DNA from: Candidatus Aenigmatarchaeota archaeon
GTDB lineage: Archaea > Aenigmatarchaeota > Aenigmatarchaeia > CG10238-14 > SCSR01
Assembly: GCA_038998335.1 (NCBI GenBank)
Contig: JAVZHQ010000001.1
Span: forward strand, 640,001-704,000
DNA: 64,000 nt
Direction: 5' to 3'
The notes below the pieces were generated by a model that saw only the letters and a list, made by a program, of their open reading frames with translations, made no database searches and was not told the origin of the DNA. Shown one piece after another: positions 17,502 to 26,640 of this stretch (position 1 is the first letter of the stretch; each line of letters begins with the position of its first letter). The position numbers and the translations under genes were made by a program.

Positions 17502-17996
17502 TCATGCCCTTTGTTTTTCTAGAAACCTATAAACTGAGGAATGTAAGCTTCCTGACAAAAGCATTTCTATTGCTTTTTTTGCAATCATTATTTTGTCCCA
17601 CTTTCCTATTATACTTATTGTTTTTCCATAGATTGAAATTTTAACGTCAGCATACTTTTCAATTAACTTTTTGGTTTTTCCTTCTGTTCCTATAACCCTT
17701 CCTCTTAAGGTTATCATTCTATTTCTAGACTTTTTTGAATAATCTTTTATGTCAATTATCTCAAGGTAATAGTCTTCGTCTAAAAGGTTAAGAGCAACGT
17801 TAAAATCAAAACCTCTTCCAAAAGCTTTCAAAACTTCCTTTATTCTCATAAGCCTTAGAGGATCTTCGCACTCTATCGAAATTTCTTCGTTTATTTCAAT
17901 TTTTGAATCAGTAAATTTTTCAAGTTGTTCTATAAGCTTCTTGTTTTTTCTCAAAATTTTTAACCTTTCTTCTGGAATTGCTATGTAATCTATCAT
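17502..17996 (-). CDS. KH-domain rRNA processing protein (Dim2/Pno1-like)
   Basis: AFGRGF, GRVIGTEGKTK, GSLHSSVYRFLE. Confidence 0.9.
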   Translation of the reverse strand: MIDYIAIPEERLKILRKNKKLIEQLEKFTDSKIEINEEISIECEDPLRLMRIKEVLKAFGRGFDFNVALNLLDEDYYLEIIDIKDYSKKSRNRMITLRGRVIGTEGKTKKLIEKYADVKISIYGKTISIIGKWDKIMIAKKAIEMLLSGSLHSSVYRFLEKQRA

Positions 17997-18727
17997 TTTT
18001 TCATCAACTCCAAAAGCTCTCCAAAAATTTTTTGCTCATCTTTCACTTTAACTCCAACCTTTTTGAAGTATGAATTAATATTTTTTATATCTCTAAGTAA
18101 AAATTCTTTTGCTAAAGGGTGAGAATGAGGCACAGCCTGACTAAAATCTATTAGGTAAGGCTTTTCAAAGATTAGGATATTGTAAGGACTTATGTCTGAA
18201 TGAATCAAGCCTGAGCTAACAATTTTTCTTAATTCTTCAAGAAGAAGGTTGTAAATATAATCTGCATCCTCAAGCTCAAGTTGAGTATCAATTAACCTTG
18301 GTGCTAGGTTTCCATTTTCTCCTATAAACTCTAAAACCAAAACATTTTCCTCTAGAGCAATAGGCTTAGGGCAGCTTACTTGAGCTTCGTAAGCTATTTT
18401 TAAATTCTTAAACTCTCTCTTTGCCCAATTAAGAACAACAGCTCTTCTACTTTTTTTAACGTTAAAAAATCTTGGGTCGCCAACCAAATACTTCCACATG
18501 CTTTTAAAATCGCAATACTCGTAGCGATAAACTTTAAGAGCAAGCCAATTGTTATTCTTATCTTTTGCTGATAGTACTACAGACTCCTTACCTTCCTTGG
18601 CTATACTTTCAACAGTTTTAACTATTCCTTTGTTCAAAAGTCTGTATAAAGCCATTAAAGTTCTTTCGTCAAAAATTTTTCTTTCTATCTTGAATTCTTT
18701 CACGTCTTCAAGTCTTATCTTTGGCAT
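17993..18727 (-). CDS. rio1: RIO1-family kinase
   Basis: GKES.V, ALKVY, W.KREFKNL, IHSDISPYNIL, IDFSQ. Confidence 0.92.
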   Translation of the reverse strand: MPKIRLEDVKEFKIERKIFDERTLMALYRLLNKGIVKTVESIAKEGKESVVLSAKDKNNNWLALKVYRYEYCDFKSMWKYLVGDPRFFNVKKSRRAVVLNWAKREFKNLKIAYEAQVSCPKPIALEENVLVLEFIGENGNLAPRLIDTQLELEDADYIYNLLLEELRKIVSSGLIHSDISPYNILIFEKPYLIDFSQAVPHSHPLAKEFLLRDIKNINSYFKKVGVKVKDEQKIFGELLELMKK

Positions 18728-18768
18728 ATCATCACTAATTAGGTTTAGAAAAAATAAAAATTAGGAAA

Positions 18769-19095
18769 TTATTCAATAGAAATACTCTTAACAAAACCTT
18801 TTCTTTTAAGCCAGTTTGCTTGAGTAGGGGTATACCTAAAAATTATATCCCCTCTTTCGTTGCTTTGAACATTCCAAGGCTGGATTAAAATTAAATCTCC
18901 AACTTTTATCCAAACTCTTTTTCTTAGCCTACCGGGAATTCTGCATATTCTTGTATTACCGTCATCACACTTTGCTTTAACTTTATCAGCCCCCAACATC
19001 ATCTCAACAACTCCTAAAACTTCACCTTCTCTTGGGATTCTTATTCTTGCTACCTCTAGCTCCTCTGGCGTAGGCTGATACTTTTTCTTACCCAT
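18769..19095 (-). CDS. eif1a: Translation initiation factor aIF-1A
   Basis: C.DG.TRICRIPGRLRKRVWIK.GD. Confidence 0.96.
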   Translation of the reverse strand: MGKKKYQPTPEELEVARIRIPREGEVLGVVEMMLGADKVKAKCDDGNTRICRIPGRLRKRVWIKVGDLILIQPWNVQSNERGDIIFRYTPTQANWLKRKGFVKSISIE

Positions 19096-19773
19096 TCAAT
19101 CACTTAATGAAATTAGTATCGTATCTCTATAAACCTTTTTTCCTTTAATTCTTCCTGCAAATTTTCTAGAAATTTTAATTTTCGCTTTGTATTTTCTCTT
19201 AATGTTTTGAGCTACTTGATGAGCAACTTTTTTTGAACCTATGAAAATATCAAAACCTCTTTTCTGTTTTTCTGTTTTTGAAATAAAAGAAAGGTTATCA
19301 TAACTTCTAAAAAAATCGACAAGATTTTCTATATCTTTGGAAATATTTTCTAAAAGATTTTCAGGAGCTCTAACTTGCAAAATTGCTTGATAATAGCCTA
19401 AGGATTTTAAAGAGCAAGAATTGCAAGTAATGTTTTTTACAATTAGCTGAGATTCTTTTTCTTCTGCTTTTTCTAAATTTTCAACTTTGAAGTTTAAAGT
19501 TATGCTAACTTTATTGTTGTAAATTCTGTAATTAATTGATTGAATTTTATTTTCTTCTAAAATTCTAGCAAGCATTTCACCTACAGCCTCTTCTAAATTT
19601 TCAAAAGCTTTTTCATCGTAGAAAAATTTTTCACAAGACTTACATTTTCTAATTATAATTTTTTCTGGAATCTTTTCAAGAAAAGAGATTTTTTCTAGAA
19701 AACAATCTCTACACAAATTCTCATAAAACTTTTCTGTTTCTTTTCCACACTTAGGGCAAAATCTTTTTACCAT
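19096..19773 (-). CDS. nmd3: NMD3-like ribosome biogenesis protein (short form)
   Basis: Four CxxC pairs, YYQAILQVR, DIFIGS, KVYRDT; conserved synteny with aIF-1A. Confidence 0.85.
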   Translation of the reverse strand: MVKRFCPKCGKETEKFYENLCRDCFLEKISFLEKIPEKIIIRKCKSCEKFFYDEKAFENLEEAVGEMLARILEENKIQSINYRIYNNKVSITLNFKVENLEKAEEKESQLIVKNITCNSCSLKSLGYYQAILQVRAPENLLENISKDIENLVDFFRSYDNLSFISKTEKQKRGFDIFIGSKKVAHQVAQNIKRKYKAKIKISRKFAGRIKGKKVYRDTILISLSD

Positions 19774-19782
19774 AATTAAAAC

Positions 19783-20691
19783 TTATTTTTTACTTAAAAG
19801 AACTACTCTGCTTGCTAAGTCTTCGTCTTTTATTTCATAGCTTGTGTGAAAAGAAAGTTCTTTTGCAAAATTTCTTATATCTTCCATAGAGGGCATAGCT
19901 TCTTTTGGTAATCTTTTTTGACTTTCACCAACCCACATGTATGCTTTAACTTCGAAAAAATTTGGTTCTGCTTTCAAAATTAGTTTTGCGTATTTTTCCG
20001 GTTCTTTTAAATTGAGGTTTTTAACTAAAGTTAACCTAATAACTTTTCTACAACTAAAACTTTTCATCAATTCCAAGCTTTCATTTAACCTTTTCCAGCC
20101 ATCAGGAATTAAAGGATTGTGAACTTCAAGATAAGTTTTTTCATCAGGAGAGCATAAACTAATATAAAGTTGAGTTGGTTCCTCCTCAAGAGAAGAAAGT
20201 CTTTCTGGTCTAGTTCCATTAGTTACCAGAAAAGTCGTCATTTTTCTTTTGTGAAATTCTTCTATAAGTTCAGAAATTCTTGGGTAAAGTGTTGGTTCGC
20301 CTGCCAAGCTTATGGCTGCATGAGTTGGTTTATTAGCTTCTTCCCACTTCTTTTTATCAACTTTTTCAAAACCTTTGAAACCTGTTAACAATAATCTTCT
20401 TGCTTCTATGCATCCGTCTACAATTTCTTTTGGTTCGTCAGGCTTTGGTTCGCCTAAAACAGTAAATTCAAGGGGACGCCAACAGAATTTGCATTTGTGA
20501 GTGCACCAAATTAAAGCTGGTGTCATTTCTAGGCAACGATGAGATTTGATTCCATAAAACTTTTCCTTATAGCAAACCCTTCCTCTTCTCAAACTTTCTT
20601 TTGTCCAGTGGCAAACCTCAACTGCTGAATGATTCCCAACTATTCTATAGCCTGCTTTGAAAAATCTTTCTTTTGCTTCTTCTGAAATCAT
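19783..20691 (-). CDS. taw1: Radical SAM 4-demethylwyosine synthase
   Basis: HSAVEVCHW, CYKEKFYGIKSHRC, CTHKCKFCWR, AISLAGEPT; start re-called at 20691 (MISEE). Confidence 0.93.
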   Translation of the reverse strand: MISEEAKERFFKAGYRIVGNHSAVEVCHWTKESLRRGRVCYKEKFYGIKSHRCLEMTPALIWCTHKCKFCWRPLEFTVLGEPKPDEPKEIVDGCIEARRLLLTGFKGFEKVDKKKWEEANKPTHAAISLAGEPTLYPRISELIEEFHKRKMTTFLVTNGTRPERLSSLEEEPTQLYISLCSPDEKTYLEVHNPLIPDGWKRLNESLELMKSFSCRKVIRLTLVKNLNLKEPEKYAKLILKAEPNFFEVKAYMWVGESQKRLPKEAMPSMEDIRNFAKELSFHTSYEIKDEDLASRVVLLSKK

Positions 20692-20747
20692 AATCTCACA
20701 ACTATAAAGTTTAAAAAGTAAAAATTTATATAAAGAGTTTAGTTTAA

Positions 20748-20820
20748 GCCCCGGTAGCTCAGCTGGTAGAGCATCTGACTTGTAATCAGAGGGTCGGGGG
20801 TTCAAATCCCCCCCGGGGCT
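20748..20820 (+). tRNA. tRNA-Thr(TGT), no intron
   Basis: Acceptor GCCCCGG/CCGGGGC, anticodon arm TCTGA-CTTGTAA-TCAGA, T loop TTCAAAT. Confidence 0.95.
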
Positions 20821-20857
20821 TGAAATACTTAAGTTCTTAATTCTCCAGAATAAGAAT

Positions 20858-21682
20858 ATGGAGTTAGTCGGTCTAAAAATTGGCGGTTCTATAGCTACTT
20901 ACAAAAATGTTGAGGGCTTTCCTTTAAGCTATGAAGAAATTAAAGAAAAAGCTTTGAATTACATAAGAGAAGAAAATTTAAGGAGAATCGGAGAGGAAGA
21001 AATTCTTCCTGTTTTAGATAAAATTTCACTTTTTATTGGCCTAGGAGTAGGACCTTTTGGTCATTATTTGGTTGAAAACTGGAAAAAATTGGAAGATAAA
21101 GAAGTAGTTCATAAATCTGTTTCTTACTATTGCAAAATTTCTACGAAAATTTTGAAAGAAGTAGGTTTGCCTGTAAGCTATGAAGAAAAATTTTCACCAA
21201 GAAGAACTTGTTATTATGAAAATGGAAGATTGAATGTAGAGAAATTGGAAGATTGGGTTTCTGGAGAAATTGAAAAAGGAAGAATACCAGTTTTCCATGG
21301 GGATATGATTCCTTGCAAAGGAAAAAAAGGTTTTGATGGTTTAGATGTTTTATCTGCTGATCGAGCTCTACCAAAAATTGCTATAGAATTAAAAGCAAGA
21401 AGAATCGTTGCTGCAACTTGTGAGGATGGCTTATACACAGAAGATCCAAGAAAAAATCCTCAAGCTAAATTCATTCCTTTGATAAGAGTGAATGAAGAAA
21501 TTAAATTGAAAAAAGATAAAGGAAAGGGAGATGTAACAGGAAGGATGCCTCAAAAACTTGAAGAATTAAAAAAAGCTGCAAAGTTTGGAATAGAAGCAAG
21601 GATTGTTAATGGTCTAGTAAAAGGAAGGATAAGAAAAGCGTTGATTGGAGAAAATTGTAAGTGTACCTTAATACTTCCCTAG
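20858..21682 (+). CDS. Amino-acid-kinase family protein, probable isopentenyl phosphate kinase
   Basis: LKIGGS..T.K, G.GPFGH, PVFHGD, SAD, DGLYT.DP, DVTGRM..K. Confidence 0.8.
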   Translation: MELVGLKIGGSIATYKNVEGFPLSYEEIKEKALNYIREENLRRIGEEEILPVLDKISLFIGLGVGPFGHYLVENWKKLEDKEVVHKSVSYYCKISTKILKEVGLPVSYEEKFSPRRTCYYENGRLNVEKLEDWVSGEIEKGRIPVFHGDMIPCKGKKGFDGLDVLSADRALPKIAIELKARRIVAATCEDGLYTEDPRKNPQAKFIPLIRVNEEIKLKKDKGKGDVTGRMPQKLEELKKAAKFGIEARIVNGLVKGRIRKALIGENCKCTLILP

Positions 21683-22708
21683 CAAATCCATGTTTAAAAA
21701 ATAAGCAAGTTTGTAAAGTTTAAGGTTGAGAAAAATATCAAAAAGGATTTTGTTTCCTGAAAAACGAGAAAAAATTTTTTTCAAAATCAAACCTTTTCTT
21801 ATAGGCCAAGCTAATTCTTTCTTCCATTTTTTCTCGTAATTTTCTAAGAAAAAGCTTTCAGAAAAATCATTTTCTTCCAAAGCTTTTACGCAAGCTTTTG
21901 CTGCATACTCTGCTCCAATCTTTCCATAAACTAAACCACCAGCTGAAAAAGGTTTAATTTGACAAGCAGCATCTCCAACCAGCAAAGCATTATTTGTTAC
22001 AGATTTTTTAATAAGACCAATCCTTATAATATCTCCTAACTTATTTAATTTTTTTGTCTTGCCTACTCTTTCTTTCAAGAATTCTTCAAAACAAAGAACT
22101 GGATTTTCCTTTGTGATTAAACCAACTCTTGCAACTTTTTCACTTTCTGGAACAACCCAAGCAAAAAAATCTTTAGAAAACCTTTTATCAAACCAAAGCT
22201 CTACACAATCTTTTTCAAACTCAGAAAAAGCATTAACCTGTAAAGCGTAGAATAAATTTTTTGGTAATTCTAAACCCAAAGCTTTTGCAACGCTAGAATT
22301 TGGGCCATCAGCTCCTATCAAAATTTTCGTTTGATAGTTTCCTTGAGTAGTTATTACCTTAGAATTTTTGAAATCCAAAAATTTTGTGTTGAGTTTGAAT
22401 TTTGCTCCAGCTTCCTTTGCTTTCTCTGCCCTAAACTTGTCATATTTTTCCCTATCTATAACAAAAACTTTTTCTCTTGACTTGATCTCAAAACTTTTTT
22501 TAAAACAAAAGAACTTAGCTCTTTTTATTTTATTCAAGATTATTTCTTCAGGAATTTTTCCTATTCTTTCGCTTACTAAGCCTGTACACTGAACAGGCTT
22601 TCCAATTCCCTTATGCTCTTCTATTACCAAAACATCATAACCATGCTTTGCTATAAGCTCGCTAGCTATACAACCAGAAGGGCCTGCCCCTACTATAACA
22701 ACATCCAT
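21668..22708 (-). CDS. Geranylgeranyl reductase family flavoprotein
   Basis: GAGPSG, PVQCTG, IGADG..S, LVGDAA.QIKP..GG. Confidence 0.88.
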   Translation of the reverse strand: MDVVIVGAGPSGCIASELIAKHGYDVLVIEEHKGIGKPVQCTGLVSERIGKIPEEIILNKIKRAKFFCFKKSFEIKSREKVFVIDREKYDKFRAEKAKEAGAKFKLNTKFLDFKNSKVITTQGNYQTKILIGADGPNSSVAKALGLELPKNLFYALQVNAFSEFEKDCVELWFDKRFSKDFFAWVVPESEKVARVGLITKENPVLCFEEFLKERVGKTKKLNKLGDIIRIGLIKKSVTNNALLVGDAACQIKPFSAGGLVYGKIGAEYAAKACVKALEENDFSESFFLENYEKKWKKELAWPIRKGLILKKIFSRFSGNKILFDIFLNLKLYKLAYFLNMDLLGKY

Positions 22709-22721
22709 TTAACCACAAGAA

Positions 22722-23438
22722 CTATTTCCCAAAATTTCTTTGGATTCTGCTGTACTTTTTGATACAGTTTATTAAATCTTGTTTGGTAAAATCTGGCCAA
22801 AGTTTTTTTAATGTTATTATCTCAGCATAACTTGCCTGTAAAAGCATAAAGTTTGAAAGTCTGTTATAGCCTCCTGTTCTTATGACTAAGTCAAGAGGAA
22901 CAGGAACTAGCAAGTTTTCTTGAATATCTTTTTCTGAAATCTCTATAGTTCCTTTTTCCAAGCATTTTTGAACTATTTTCTTAACAACTTCCTTTATTTC
23001 AAAATGACTTCCGTAAGCAACCAAAAGGTTAAGAAACCTTTTTTGATATTTTGCAGTTTTTTGCATGAGTTTTCCCATAAGCCTAACAAGCTTTTTTGGC
23101 AATCTGCTCAAATCACCAATAAACTTTACCCTTACCTCATACTTATCTAAAAAGCCATCTTTTTTCTTTTCCCATTTTTTCAAGTAGTTGTAGTAAATTC
23201 TGAAAAGCTCTTCAAGCTCACGTTTTGGTCTGTTTAAGTTTTCTGTTGAAAGAGTAAAAATTGAAACATGAGGAATGTTAAGCTCTAAACACCATTTCAG
23301 AAAATTCTCAAGAGTTTTTGCTCCGTAGCGATGACCGTACCAAGCAGGCATACCTCTTTTTTTTGCCCATCTTCTATTGCCATCAATTATTATACCAAGG
23401 TGATTTGGAATTATCAAGCCATTCGGCAAACTTTTCAC
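22722..23438 (-). CDS. uppS: cis-prenyltransferase (polyprenyl diphosphate synthase)
   Basis: HLGIIIDGNRRWA, STEN..R, DLVIRTGG..RLSNF, WPDF, RNFGK. Confidence 0.95.
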   Translation of the reverse strand: MKSLPNGLIIPNHLGIIIDGNRRWAKKRGMPAWYGHRYGAKTLENFLKWCLELNIPHVSIFTLSTENLNRPKRELEELFRIYYNYLKKWEKKKDGFLDKYEVRVKFIGDLSRLPKKLVRLMGKLMQKTAKYQKRFLNLLVAYGSHFEIKEVVKKIVQKCLEKGTIEISEKDIQENLLVPVPLDLVIRTGGYNRLSNFMLLQASYAEIITLKKLWPDFTKQDLINCIKKYSRIQRNFGK

Positions 23439-23523
23439 CTAATTTTAGATTTCATAGGTAAGCTTAAATAGATTTTAAGTTGAAAAATTTAAAAATTAAA
23501 TATTCTCTATAATTAATCTAAGT

Positions 23524-23633
23524 GGGGTTGTCAGCTAGTCTGGTTTAGGCTGGCAGGCTCCAGTTTATCTGGAGCTATGAAAAAAGATGAATGAAGAAAC
23601 CTGCTCACGTGGGTTCAAATCCCACCAACCCCA
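23524..23633 (+). tRNA. tRNA-Trp(CCA) with 35-nt intron at 37/38 (23564..23598)
   Basis: Acceptor GGGGTTG/CAACCCC, GCAGG-CTCCAG[intron]A-CCTGC, T arm GTGGG-TTCAAAT-CCCAC. Confidence 0.92.
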
Positions 23634-23640
23634 TTTAAAC

Positions 23641-24546
23641 TCAAACTTCTTTTTTTCTTTCTTCTGCTTTGATAGAATAGTAGTAAGCTGTTGGAAGGAT
23701 TAGAGATAAAGGTGTGAAAACTAGATAAGTTATAACTTGACCTATGAAAGGAGCAAACACAAACAAAATTCCTAGAAGATTGAAAGGAAGCTCGACCATG
23801 CTTTGAATCATTCCAACTATTAACCCCATAACAACATTAACAAAAAATATTGACCAAAATTTTCCTTTCGTTATCCTCCAACTTTCTTTCACGCTCTCGA
23901 TACAACCTCTTTTTTCCAACATAAAAACAGGAATGGAAAGCCAAATTCTAAAGTTGACGTAACCCAGAATAATTCCTAAAACTATTACTAAGAGAATTAA
24001 GTAAGGTAAAAGAGAAAAAACATAGCCAGGAAAGATTTCCATGCTAGTTGGTTTTATAAAAGGTAATATTGATAAACCTGTTACTGAAACACCAACAGGC
24101 GAAACATTTGGAATAGCTGATTTCTGAAACAAAGGTACAAGCAAAATAAAAACTATTAAAGCTATTAAAGCTGCGATGATAATCATAGGCAAAGATTGAA
24201 TGATGCCAACAACCAATATTTTGTGAGAAATCCTAAAACATTCTTTAAAAATTTCTATAATTCCAATTTTCTTTTTTTCTTTTGCTCTTTTAACCATTAA
24301 AGAATAGCCTGCAAACTGAACATAATTTAAAACTAAGAGAAAAACAAAACCCGAGCCTGCGATTAAAATAAAAGGAATCAAGCCTAGCGGAAAAGAAATA
24401 AAAAACAAGAATAGCGCCCCAACTACAATTATAAAACCGGCTAAACCATTTAGTGTAAGAAATAAAAGTTGATAAAGGAAAATCTTGGAGAAGTTTTCCT
24501 TCCAAAACTCAAAAGTATAACTTAATGAATCTGCAAACAAACTCAT
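23641..24546 (-). CDS. Multi-pass membrane protein
   Basis: About 6 TM segments; ES.K.SW..TKG.FW motif. Confidence 0.7.
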   Translation of the reverse strand: MSLFADSLSYTFEFWKENFSKIFLYQLLFLTLNGLAGFIIVVGALFLFFISFPLGLIPFILIAGSGFVFLLVLNYVQFAGYSLMVKRAKEKKKIGIIEIFKECFRISHKILVVGIIQSLPMIIIAALIALIVFILLVPLFQKSAIPNVSPVGVSVTGLSILPFIKPTSMEIFPGYVFSLLPYLILLVIVLGIILGYVNFRIWLSIPVFMLEKRGCIESVKESWRITKGKFWSIFFVNVVMGLIVGMIQSMVELPFNLLGILFVFAPFIGQVITYLVFTPLSLILPTAYYYSIKAEERKKEV

Positions 24547-24570
24547 TTTTCTCTAATTTTTATTTATTTT

Positions 24571-25227
24571 TTATGTTTTTAACTTTTTCACACCATACTT
24601 TCCTTCAAGCTCAAGGAAAACAACTGGACCTAGATTTTTAGTTTTTATTTTATCGTTTTTTTCAAGATAAATCAAATCTTGACCAAAAGCAGTTATTACA
24701 GGGGAAATTAGTCTCCCTCCTTTTTTTAGCTGCTCAATCCAAGGCTTAGGAATCTTTGGGGCAGCTGCAGTAGAAATTATAGCATCATAAGGAGCATCTT
24801 TCTCATAACCCAAAGAGCCATCACCTAAAACAACTTTTACATCTTTATAACCAGCTTTTTTCAAATTTTCTTTTGCAAACTCATAAACTTCTGGATTAAT
24901 TTCTATCGTTACAACTTTTCCTTTTTTTACTATTTCTTTTATTAAAGCTGCTCCGTAACCTGAGCCTGCACCTATTTCTAAAACTTTTTCTCCTGGCTTA
25001 AGCTTAACTGCTTCAAGCATTATAGCATACATGTGCGGAGCAGAAATAGTTGCTCCCGAAACTATTGGTAAAGGGGTGTCAAGCCAAGCCTCGTTTTTGT
25101 ATTCTGGCAGAACAAAAAGCTCTCTTTTTACTTTAAGCATAGCTTCTATTATTTTTTTGCTCTTAAGCCTTCCTTCTCTTTTCAAGTTTTCTATAGTCTC
25201 TATCTTTTGCTTTTCTAGTTCTTCCAT
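24571..25227 (-). CDS. pcm: Protein-L-isoaspartate O-methyltransferase
   Basis: V.RE.F, TISAPHM, VLEIGAGSGY, GDGSLG, APYDAI. Confidence 0.95.
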   Translation of the reverse strand: MEELEKQKIETIENLKREGRLKSKKIIEAMLKVKRELFVLPEYKNEAWLDTPLPIVSGATISAPHMYAIMLEAVKLKPGEKVLEIGAGSGYGAALIKEIVKKGKVVTIEINPEVYEFAKENLKKAGYKDVKVVLGDGSLGYEKDAPYDAIISTAAAPKIPKPWIEQLKKGGRLISPVITAFGQDLIYLEKNDKIKTKNLGPVVFLELEGKYGVKKLKT

Positions 25228-25272
25228 GTTTAAAATTTGGATTAAAAGAATATCAAGATAGATTATTTTAAC

Positions 25273-26640
25273 TTAAGGTGGTTCTGGTGGTGGAGGTGGT
25301 GGAGGTGGAGGTAATGGAGGCTGAGGAGGTTGAGGTCCTGGGGGTGACGGAGGCTGTGGCTGAGGAGGTGGCGACGCACACTCACATTCTCCGTCTATAG
25401 TGGAAGGGATAGCTTCTCCTAAACAATTTTTAGTACAATACACTTCCAAAGGACAATCACATTCATAACCAGGATAAACCCAATAACATTCGCCAGACCC
25501 TGGAGGAATTTCTACGCATACTTTATCTACACCAGTTGGAATGTATCTACAAGACTCTGTTTTGTAGCAATCTAATTTTCTGAGATAAGTAGTAACATCA
25601 ACCTTAAAAATCAATTGCTGAGGACCTTTCGGAGTAGAAACATAATATTTTGTATCATTACAACCAAAAGTTACCTTTACTGCGCCTTTTACTTCAGCAA
25701 AGTATGCGCAAGTTCCGCTACATTCTTGTAAGCTTGCACAAGGCTTAGAAAATGGTATTTTAACACAATCTTTGCACATAGGTGCATCTTTCCATTCTTT
25801 ACAACCTTGATAATCTTCCTCTTCAGGGCAATCGCTTTTTCCATAAAAACAACAGGAAATATTGTAGTAACACTTGACATAAGGGTCTGAAAATGTTCTT
25901 TCTAAATTACTTACTTCCTCTTCTGCCATTTGGATTACTGCTGATAAAAATGGCAAACAATTGTTGCATCCTCCCATACCATTACAATAACATATTTTTG
26001 ACAGGTTTCCACACATATGTTGAATATACTTCGGCCCGTAAGTTTTTGCCCACTCGCTAAACTTTCTGTACATATACCAAAATCTAAGTAAAGAAATTCT
26101 CTCTGTTAAATCTCCTAGAGAAGTAATGTTTTCTTCACCAAGTGATATAAAAATGTTGTTTCCTAAAGCAATAGTCTCAAAACTCTCGTCAAACTTTCCA
26201 CTTTCAACTTCCTGTTGAGAAACTTTAAAATCAACACAACTTACTTCTGAGAGGTTAACTTTTAAGATATCTGACTGGTTGAAATTTTTAATGTAATAAT
26301 TAATAAAGCGTAGAGTTTCATTCGACAAGAAAAACCTAACTTCTTCCACGCTTGGCACGTCTACCTGATTACAAATCCAGCTTCTAGGATAGTTTTCTCC
26401 TGTTTGAGATACTCCTCCTCTTTTCCCAACTTCACTTACTCCTGAATGAACAGAAAAATGAAGGGAAATTCTTTCAAAAAATTTTACATAATCAAGGTAA
26501 ATGGAAGCTTTAAAATAGCTTAAACTTTTAACAATACTTTCTCTAAACTCGAAGCTAATAAAGAAGAAGAAAATTAGAGAAATAATTCCTATCGCTACCA
26601 TTACGCTTAATATTAGTAAGCTAGATTGAGACTTTACCAT
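25273..26640 (-). CDS. Pilin-signal Cys-rich protein with C-terminal polyproline tail
   Basis: KSQ + hydrophobic N-terminus; many Cys; ends PPPQPQPP...PPPPPPPPPEPP. Confidence 0.7.
   Translation of the reverse strand: MVKSQSSLLILSVMVAIGIISLIFFFFISFEFRESIVKSLSYFKASIYLDYVKFFERISLHFSVHSGVSEVGKRGGVSQTGENYPRSWICNQVDVPSVEEVRFFLSNETLRFINYYIKNFNQSDILKVNLSEVSCVDFKVSQQEVESGKFDESFETIALGNNIFISLGEENITSLGDLTERISLLRFWYMYRKFSEWAKTYGPKYIQHMCGNLSKICYCNGMGGCNNCLPFLSAVIQMAEEEVSNLERTFSDPYVKCYYNISCCFYGKSDCPEEEDYQGCKEWKDAPMCKDCVKIPFSKPCASLQECSGTCAYFAEVKGAVKVTFGCNDTKYYVSTPKGPQQLIFKVDVTTYLRKLDCYKTESCRYIPTGVDKVCVEIPPGSGECYWVYPGYECDCPLEVYCTKNCLGEAIPSTIDGECECASPPPQPQPPSPPGPQPPQPPLPPPPPPPPPEPP

Noticed and set aside
20692-20805. 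N-terminal extension of Taw1 in the ORF track
   Set aside because: It is the antisense reading of tRNA-Thr; the real start is probably 20691
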